A stretch of DNA of 61,369 nt, counting the filler, from Choristocarpus tenellus KU-1152 (lineage: Eukaryota; Protista; Phaeophyceae), in the NCBI GenBank assembly GCA_964200185.2. It is 10 parts of 10 records of this genome, joined end to end, with 100 filler letters (N's around TTAATTAATTAA, not from the genome) between each part and the next. Parts side by side here need not be neighbours in the genome. Positions count along the whole stretch, not along the records: positions 50,434 to 55,274 come from CAXNAD020012837.1; positions 55,375 to 61,369 come from CAXNAD020009212.1; 8 more parts are not named here. One strand, written 5' to 3'. This document shows, in pieces, positions 52,576-61,369 of this stretch (its first letter is position 1; every line of letters starts with the position of its first letter). The notes beneath the pieces were generated by a model. The model worked only from the letters and a program-made list of their open reading frames with translations. It did not search any database and was not told the origin of the DNA. Made by a program: the position numbers and the translations under genes.

Positions 52576-54393
52576 TCATCGAGGGTTGGGTTCACCCCCT
52601 CCACTTTTCCTTATTCGTGTTGACCATCGACCACTACTCTCCTGGCGAACGCGACCAACTCTTTGTCTTGTACCCCCACGGGCAACTGCATCTACCAATC
52701 GATCACCAACAGTTTCATTACCAATATCGAGGGCAGGAGGGTGGGTGGGAGGGGGCGGGGGTGGAAGAGGTAGGTCTGTGGCCATAGAGTTGAAAACAAT
52801 GTCTTTTGGAGGAGCGCCTGAAGTAGATGGAACTGTTCCCCTGTACTTGTATGTGATGTGTCCGTTGTAATCCAGCCTCCCGCATAGATTGTTGAGGTGA
52901 GAGTGATACTGTGAAAGGACAAAGAGGAGGCATTGGTGCACGAAGAGGTCAATTTGCAGCACTACACGAGCATGACCCACAGGGCTGGCACGGGCAAGTG
53001 GCCATCTACTCTGCATGCCTACCCCTGAACCTAACTCTTGAAGCAACATCATGTTTATCCAGGTATACGGGTGTATGTGTGTGTGTGTGTATCTGTGACC
53101 AAGGTTCTGTAGCGTTGCAATAAAGAAAGCAAAGGTACATGATTCTCACATTTTTCTCAGCATGTTCCCACAGCAAGGTTACAAACTCCCCAAGACGTGT
53201 ATCAAACACTGCCTCGCAATATTGAATCAACTCCATATACTCCTCACTCTCCAAGGTCGCGCACATAGATCTGTGGGGACGGGCAGGTGATGTCACAACT
53301 AAAAAAAAAGAGTGAAAGAGACCAAGTGTGCACAGAATGAACTCTATATACTCACCTGAATCACACTTGACCGGTAATCAATAGTATCACATCGACAATG
53401 TGGCCATCAATGGAAAATAGTTGCCGTGTGCTACTTCAAAATAACTTAGATTTTCTGTCTCATACACTGTTCAAACTGATGCTGAACAAAGTAGAAAAGA
53501 AAAAACCCCCTCAAAACCATGGGTCTATTGTAGAGTTGATACCACTCGTCATTAACCTCATCTTAGTGAAATACATATTTTACATTTCTATCCTGTTGTA
53601 GCGGTAAATTTCAACCCATAAAGGGTCATTGATAGCACAACACTAAAATGAAGAACGATATATCCAACGCACCGAATTGACAAAGTATTGACTGTCTTAC
53701 TCCGATCATCCTGCAGAACTACAGTACTACATTGAGGGATGAGAAAGCAAGTTGAATGGAGAAGAGGAGTGGGGGATGAGGGGGATGATCACGCCTACCT
53801 TGAGCGCTTATCAATATTCCTCTTCCTTTCTGTCCCACTCCAGCTCTTTAGCCCCATGCCCTCCCCAGCGGAGCCACTTGAATCCACTGGTGTTTATATT
53901 AATGTATTTATTTCACAGAGAGGCATCCAATGCAGCAGAAGAGTGGGAAAAAAGGAGTCAGAGTTAGGGAGAGAGGTTGCTAGTCGGTGGAAATGCTTGG
54001 TTGTCAAGGCCTGGTGCTGGCAGTTACACCAGCAGTTACAGCATAACAGAGGGATCTGCTTGAAAAAGGGATTGGGGAGAGAGGTCACAAGTAAGTGGAC
54101 ATGTTTGGTTGTCAAGAGCTGGTGTTTGACAGTTACACCAGCAGTTACAACATAACTAACAGAGGGATATGCTTGAAAAGGGTGCAAGTTAGGAGGTAGA
54201 ATGGAGGGCATATTGGAATGAACAAAAGGAAGGAAGCAACATGAATATTGTTCATCATGCGCATCCCTTCCAAAAAGCACACTCTTTTGAAGAATTTGTT
54301 CATGTATGTACATACTGCATGTACTTACATATATGTGTGTATGTGTGCAAAAAGCCTACTTATTCTCATGTCTGGTTGTTTGAAGGGGTAACT

Positions 54394-54424
<31 letters not shown>

Positions 54425-55209
54425 CTCTGAAACGCGTCGGGTTTGAAACCCAAATAGGTCTCTTTTTGCTTTGCATTCCTCTGGGAAAAGGACTCACCCC
54501 GATTGGTGGACACTTGACAACTGCCATATCGAACTCGACATGCCAATTCAAGCTCACAAACGTTGAGAAGGAATATCACCAAGTTCCGCACAAAATTTAT
54601 CATAATCAGGACTAACCCCAGCCCAAACTCTAATCCCATCCAACCTCTCTAACAAATCCCCGTACCTGCCCTGCCCCCATCTGTCCCCATGCCAGTAAAC
54701 GCCTCTTCTTCCTGCTGCCCCTCCCATACCCGGGCAAACTTGTTCGCCTCATCAGTAAAATGGAGACAGGCAATCATGACAGTCATCAGGCTCTGTGGCA
54801 GAAGGCAGAAGAAAGGGGATTGAATCAAGGAACCATATCTATCAAGCACTACTTACTGCTACACAAATGAATTAGTGTCGGGGAATAAACTGAGTAGTAA
54901 GCTGTGGTGTGACTTAGACAAAGATAAAATATCTCCAATCCATCACCTCGGCCAACCCCCCTGCCCCACCTCATGCCTTCTACACCTTTGACTAATATTA
55001 ACCGTTGTACCATCCCCCTCCCCCCCAACAAAACTTAGGAACATTGCTCGGTTTGTTCTCACCTTGAGCAGGTCAGCATCTACAAGCATGCAATCCTTTG
55101 CACAGTTCCCCTGAAACAAGTCATGTAGCACCAGGATGTCGTCCAAGGTCCCTGTGGCCTCGGCTGAACGCAGCCCAGTCATGAGCTCAAGCCACCTCGG
55201 CTCCACCAC
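52576..55209 (-). CDS. TUBGCP2: Gamma-tubulin complex component 2 (GCP2/Spc97), 3' exons 55209-55063, 54792-54666, 53886-53799, 53270-53150, 52908-52576
   Basis: VVEPRWLEL...TLDDILVLHDLFQGNCAKDCML...LLK and HLNNLCGRLDYNG form the GRIP2 C-terminus. All intron phases are consistent (0,1,2,0). Confidence 0.85.
53967..54156 (+). repeat. Two diverged ~105-bp tandem units in an intron
   Basis: gggagagagg...ttggttgtcaag...cagttacaccagcagttaca(g/a)cataac occurs twice. Confidence 0.8.
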
Positions 55210-58200
55210 CTTTTGGCCACAAGAGAGTTTCAAGAGGGGGGCATATGCATTGTAGGAAACAGGAGGGCAAATGGNNNNNNNNNNNNNNNNNNNNNNNNNN
55301 NNNNNNNNNNNNNNNNNNTTAATTAATTAANNNNNNNNNNNNNNNNNNNNNNNNNNNNNNNNNNNNNNNNNNNNGTCCTGGTGGCTTTTGAGATGGTTAT
55401 CTGTGCCTAATTGAGGGCGCCCCCCCCTCCTCGTCTTGGATATTAGCATTAGGGGATGATCCTCCAAAAACAATCCCACCTTTGACGCAGTAAGAGCCTC
55501 TGAATGAAGAGAATGTGGGAGGGAGCGCATAGGTCCGACATGCGTCGAACTACGTTGACATAAATAAGTAGTCATGGTAGGGATTAATGAAATCTTGCAC
55601 CACTAACATTATAATAGTACAATGAGTGTGGAACGCAAGGGAAATAACCAATGCAAAAATTGCAAGCAATAGGAGATTGAGTAATAACAGGAGTAAATAT
55701 TACAAAAAAATGTGGTGAACACGAGTAACACCAGTATGCGAGAGAATGGACAATGAAACAAAGAAGTACGTACTTTCCGGGAGGAGAGAGCAAGCGACAC
55801 AAAAGGAAGTGGAAGGTATGAAGGACATGAAACAACATGGGAAAAGTAAAGAATATTGGAATACACAGGGATTAATGGAATCTCGCACCACTAGATGGAG
55901 AAGAAAATCCAAGTAAGAACTAGAGTAGTAGAGTATCAACCGTTGTTGATTATTTCAACGATTGATTTGCGAAAGAGCGTAAAAACTGGTCTTCGTAGAT
56001 CAGTATCGAACATGCAAACTTGTTGGATGCTTATGTCAGTAATTTGGACCGAGTCCATGTCCTTAACATTTTTTGGTAACGGTGTTGTTGGGTTAGGAGA
56101 CTGTGATGCGTTATCGCGAATCACCTTCCTTAGGGACTGTTGCAACCCTTGGGCACAAGATATACGGCCTACACTCCTAACGAGTGACCGCCAATGCGGG
56201 CTTGATTGTTTTTCAGATCTTGAGAGAGACCATGCTATCTTCGCGGAAGGATAATACTTCCCTTTTTCCTAGAGTAACAGGTCAACCTCTCTTGGTCGAT
56301 AAATTATATGCGTTTCGAGCGTGTGTAAAATGCAGTTGCTGTGTGTTAGACAGATCGATGTGTTGTTGTCGACGCTTTCTTCCCCAAAATTTGATTCAGA
56401 CCCAAGATGCTCATTCCATACCGATGTGTCTGTAGTGCATGGGAATGTAAAGTAGACCTCGAATGATTTGGCGTAGGTAGTGCAGATGTTACTCTTTTCA
56501 AGAGTGTAGAATTGGTTGTGTTGGATAATGCAACGGCACCTCTTGTTATGGTTTATAGTTTCACCATCGTGTGTTAAATTTAACTGCAAACTTTAACACA
56601 CGACATCTATTCCACGTTCACATGTTCCATGACTGGTAATGTAGTGTATACCTTACATTATTTTGAGGTATTGAGCCTAAATTGATTATTTCTTTACGAT
56701 GTTTTGCGTGTGTCGTCTGCAACAGTTCAGCCTCTCTTCATCACGACAAGTGCTTCCTCACATGTTCAAGGCCTCACGAGTTGTTCTCGCCTATGGACTT
56801 TAGAGTTGGACAGTTTCCAATGAAAGCCTTCAGTGTGTATCGAGTCTATGAAATGGATAATGTTTTCAGGTGTCACCTACACGTGCAGATCTCCATGTAC
56901 GTGATGTCGACTAAGGTCATATTTTCACCATCCTGGAGAAAATGCCATGTTTAAAAGTGGTTTGTTGTAAGTAATGTTTCAAAGGTGAACTTAGGTACAC
57001 CTCGAATTTCCAAAGGCTAATTGTTTTATGCTACATTATCTAATGCTACACTGGTTAACATACCCCATTCAGCATGTGCTTTCTCAACGCACTTCGTTTA
57101 ACAAGATCAGAGCACAGGAGTGCATCTCCCTCTCATTTCAATCTCCCTCTTACGCGCACGTTTACCCTGCATTGAGTCTGTTACATATAGCAAACAATTC
57201 GCACGTCCCCGACACGTGCAAATGGCTGTTTTTGTGGTGTCCACTATGGTGAAAATGTATCCTATCTCGTGTAAGACCATGTTCAAAAGTTATGCACTGT
57301 GACAAATGCTTTAAAAGGGCCATCATACGTACACCTCCATTTTCTTGAGGCTAACAGCTTTTTTTAACTATCTACTGCCACATGTATCAACGTATGCAAC
57401 AATAGATCTATGTTTTCTCACGCACTACACTCGATAGGATCAGAGGCAAGGACTGCCATCAACTTACACTTAACCCCCCGCCTCCGCTTAAATTCTCCCT
57501 CAATACTTGTCCATCACCTGCTGCCATCCTCTAAGTAACTCGACCCTATATCCTCACAAACTGGAGTTGCCATGAAATCCGTATGGAAATGCAACTTTGT
57601 CATACTCCACCTATATTTGCACAATACTCGTTTTATTTACTCACATCTCTTTCTTTATATGCACCAGTACAACCAGAGCGCAACAAATATCCTTAGTTCG
57701 TTCTTACCGAGGAATCCACCCCATCTGTTCGCATCTTCTTCTCAAGGCATTTGTCATCTCATCGTACATAATAGGTCGCAATAACTAAAAGAGAAACTAA
57801 CACATTGCACATACATCGCCATCAAACTAGAATGACAATGCCATCCTCCCCCAAAAAAATGAATAGGATGATACTCCAGGCAATATATCATAATCCTATT
57901 TTTTCTATGTGCCACAAATGACTCTGCTCGCTCTTTGGTTGGTTGTCCTCAAAACGACACGTGCATTCTTGCTGCGTTTGTGCTCTTGACGTTATCCTGC
58001 TTGTCAAAAATTGTCCTACCATCAAAACTGGGGCAAAATTGCCACCAATTCCAAAATTAAACGCAAACTCATCAAACAGGCATATCGTCATCGCATGTCC
58101 AAAACCACAATAAATGGGGACGCCAGCAATTCACCACGATTGATATATGATGACAAAACCAAAAAGAAGCAAACTTCTGAAAGGTGCTCCTGTGGACTGG

Positions 58201-58319
58201 GGGTTCATCACACTCGCCAACTAAGACCCTTTCCCATAATTACGATTCCATCGTCACATCGGATCCGAGACCCCATTTGGACGGGGCCGTACCCTCTCAG
58301 ATACTTTGACTCTCCTCCG

Positions 58320-58680
58320 CCTGTTTAGACGATGTCGCTCTCCTCTGGCGACAAACGATCTGAAGGTGTCCTTTACCTCCACAGTTGTAGCATATTCCTT
58401 CCAAAGAACAAGGACCAATATGCTTGATCAGTCCACAATATAAACATCTTCTGTTGGTCCTGATCTCGTCTCTGCTAGGGAATTCCGTTGTAATATGATC
58501 CGTACGTTGACCAGTTGTACCTTTGCCGCCTCCTCCGCTGACGTTCTGTGTTCTCTTCCATGAGTTTATGGTCCCAACGGCTAGAGTGCTCCCAGGCTCC
58601 ACGCGGTTAGCTCCTCCTTTCCCTTCTGGTGGCAGTTTAGTTACTGCTCCTGCTAATGTCCTGCTCCCCTAGTGGCAGGT
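58320..58680 (-). pseudogene. Retroelement gag fragment with zinc knuckles
   Basis: RRCLYCGLIKHIGPC...ICYNCGGKGHLQIVC (CX2CX4HX4C). Confidence 0.7.
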
Positions 58681-59008
58681 ACAGCAATTGCTTTTCTCAT
58701 TCCGTAAGCAAGAATCTTGTCACAGGGTCGCAGTGCTCAATATTCGGCATGGCATACCAGGTACCCAAAGTATTCCCCTAGTCTTTTCCTTGATAAGATG
58801 GCGAAGTTTGAAGACTTTGACACCCTTGTCCTCAGGACCTCACTCTAGACTGCGAAGAGGCTCTGCCAGACGCGATCTAGTGTCTCCCGGGGGTGCACAT
58901 CGAAAACATGTCCATTGTGACCTCCACCACCTCCTCTATGTTAGTCATCTCCATGTTTTCCTTCAGTTGCTAGATGGAATGAAAGAGTCTCCCAGGTCTT
59001 TGACATTG

Positions 59009-59263
59009 GAGTGAAAGTAGAGGGTATGAGTTTTACCCTGTTTGTCCGTTTGGGGCTTGGCTTTCCATAAGGTTTTTTATGACATTTTACCTACTCCGAA
59101 ATGTTCTGGGGTAGGTAAAATGCGTACTTTATGAAAAAGTGTGACCGGAACAAGGATATTGACACGTCCTAACAAACACGATGGCCAAAATTGCATCAAA
59201 ATTGCAGCATTGCATTTTGGCCCCCAACCGGACGCGGCTCTATCCTCTAAGATAATTTGACTC
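59009..59263 (-). mobile_element. Family A MITE inside mariner
   Basis: TSD ATTG on both sides. Confidence 0.92.
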
Positions 59264-60096
59264 ATTGAGGTCGGGTGAATTGGCTGGCTGGGTCTCTACA
59301 ACCATGTCGTCCCTTCCACCTCCTCTATTCCCTTCATAATCCTCCCCTTCCTTGGTATGGGGCTTTGTTTCATCCTGCTGAGCAAAGATGGTATATCCTT
59401 CCGGCTTCGGCATGCGGGCCTTGATTGTCGGGATGACATCCTTGATCATCACCTTCTTATACCCCACCCTGTCCACCATGACCGGCACAAGCACCTTGGT
59501 GCCCTTGGGTCGGTGCTTACTGGAGCGCTGAACGACCTTAGCATCCACGATTGACCAGATACCGATTTTTCCATCGAACCACACCCCGTTACAGAGCTTC
59601 CTAGGGCAGACCACAGCTGCAAGGAACATTACTTTCGTAATGCGACGCTTATTCTGTGCCTGTGAGGGTCTGGAGAGGTCCTCAGTGGGGTGCAGATACA
59701 CTTTTTGCCCATCTTTGAGGATATCAAACCACTTCTCGTCAACATGCACCCAGTCATGTAAATCGTCCAATAATACCCCACTTCCCCCCCTCCTGTTCGT
59801 GTGGTCGATGACAAGACCCACCCTGTTGACTTTCTGCTGGTCTGAGAGGACTGGCTCAATCCGCGGCTTGACCGTCTTCATCTTCTCGTGCTTGTATAGA
59901 TCCCACAACGAGGCAAAGGAGACCCCAGCTTTGGCTGGCCATTTGTGGAAGGATGTGCGGTGTATCGATGGGACATCCCAAACGTCGAGGATATTTGCAT
60001 GGCCACCACATCGCCCTGTACGACATCGTACAAGGTACATGATTTCACCCTGTGAAATCTGGCTGCCATACTCCTTCAGGTGATGGAACACGGTGA

Positions 60097-60367
60097 GAGT
60101 GAAAGTATCTCAGGGAGTACGAGTTTTGTCCCATTTGTCCGTTTGGGGCATGGCTTCCCACGGATTATTTTATGACATTTTCCTTCTCCAAGAAGTTTTG
60201 GATTAGGTGCACAATGTATACGTTTTTGGAGTAGGTATCATGTATATGTCTGTAATAAGGATATTAACACTTCCTAACAACATGATAGCCAAAATTTCAT
60301 CAAAATCGCAACATTAGATTTTGACCCTCAAACGAACGCGGCTCTTCCTTCTAAGATACTTTGACTC
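60097..60367 (-). mobile_element. Family A MITE inside mariner
   Basis: GAG...CTC ends with flanks gTGA/TGA. Confidence 0.9.
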
Positions 60368-60629
60368 TGATTCAGGAAATTCCCATGTCCTCCGTGATGG
60401 TCGCTGTTGTCCCCCGAGACATCCAAGTCGGGTCAAAGTATCTGGGGGGGGGTGGTGGTTTGTGACGGTGCGTCCGTTTCGGTCCGGACGAAGTGCTCAA
60501 AAATCGTAGCAATTGCTGTCTTCAGTCAGGGAAGTTGCCGTTGGGTTCAAAGTTTGGAGCCAAGGTAGTTGCCGCCGCTTGGTTTGGGTATGGAAGAGAG
60601 GTCATCTGTTTGTGGAAATCTCGACTTGT

Positions 60630-60887
60630 GAGTAAAGGTATCTTAGAGAGTACGAGTTTTCCCCTGTTTGTCCATTTGGGGCTTGGCTTCCCATGGGATT
60701 TATTATGACATTTTCCTACTCCAAAGTGTTTCGGAGTAGATCAAATGTACACTTTATGCAAAGGTGTGTCCAGAACAAGGATATTGAGACTTCCTAACAA
60801 ACACGGTAGCCAAAATTTCATCAAAATCGCGAGATTGAATTTTGGACCCAAATGGATGCGGCTCTACCCTCTAAGATACTTTGGCTC
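60630..60887 (-). mobile_element. Family A MITE
   Basis: TSD TTGT on both sides. Confidence 0.92.
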
Positions 60888-61369
60888 TTGTGCTGAAGAT
60901 GGTGGTGTGGAGTACGAGATGCTTTTGCGTCAACATATTTCTGGTAAGGTTTCTGCCAATTGCTCTGTGGTCCGATCAACGCAAAGAGGGGAGGAAAAAG
61001 AATTGGGGCATGGCAGTAAAGGTATTAGAGGATGGTGGCAGAACGCACTAATGGAGATGAAATCTAGGTTGCCACCAGGCCAATAAAAACATGCGTATGA
61101 GGACACATAAACACACACTCTTCCGGAAGATAATAAATTCAATGTAACAAATGCGTAAGTCCGTTGATTTAGAGAACGTCTGATCTCTCTATCATAACAT
61201 GTTTGTCGAGGCATGTGTCGGACTGGCGAAGGGAGGGTGACTCACGAGCAGAAATTGGCCTATGTTGCTCCTCAAAGCCGTGTCTGTCGTCAGTATGGTA
61301 GCAGTGTAGGACTTGTCCAGAACCAGGCCCGTGTAGGAGCAACTTGGTCAGGGTCAAAGTATCTTGGGG

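Larger units (their letters stand above)
58880..60425 (-). mobile_element. Mariner-family transposase (related to plant DD39D mariners), interrupted by two MITEs
   Basis: WVHVDEKWF, KVMFLAAV, FDGKIGIW, QQDETKPH and QPANSPDLN[MITE]VKDLG. Confidence 0.9.

Noticed and set aside
2158-54790. Hammerhead ribozyme cores (CTGATGA/TCATCAG hits)
   Set aside because: In the hits I inspected by eye I saw no correctly spaced GAAA with paired stems. A covariance-model search would be needed to exclude them.

Overview
This is eukaryotic, intron-rich, repeat-dense DNA, most likely a stramenopile such as a brown alga (inferred from gene content and GTGAGN/GTGCGT donors, not proven). It is not one locus. Ten contigs or scaffolds are joined by nine artificial 100-bp linkers (N-run + TTAATTAATTAA + N-run), so adjacency across linkers means nothing. 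Spliced genes with phase-consistent exons: a GET2/CAML-like protein, an ARM-repeat protein, two tandem branch-1 histidine phosphatases (the second extended into an F-box), the last exon of MnmG/MTO1, a DOMON fragment, a branch-2 histidine acid phosphatase, a synergin-gamma-like EH protein and the 3' end of GCP2. The rest is mostly transposon relics: Copia, mariner, a Tc1-like DDE element, a probable Penelope element and a possible DIRS element. There is also a dense set of MITEs from at least three families with related G(A/G)(G/C)YCAAA ends and 4-bp target duplications, which fits Sola2. Best leads: the phosphatase::F-box fusion, the multi-family Sola2-like MITE system (one copy completes a splice donor), and the twin-motif GET2/CAML-like gene.
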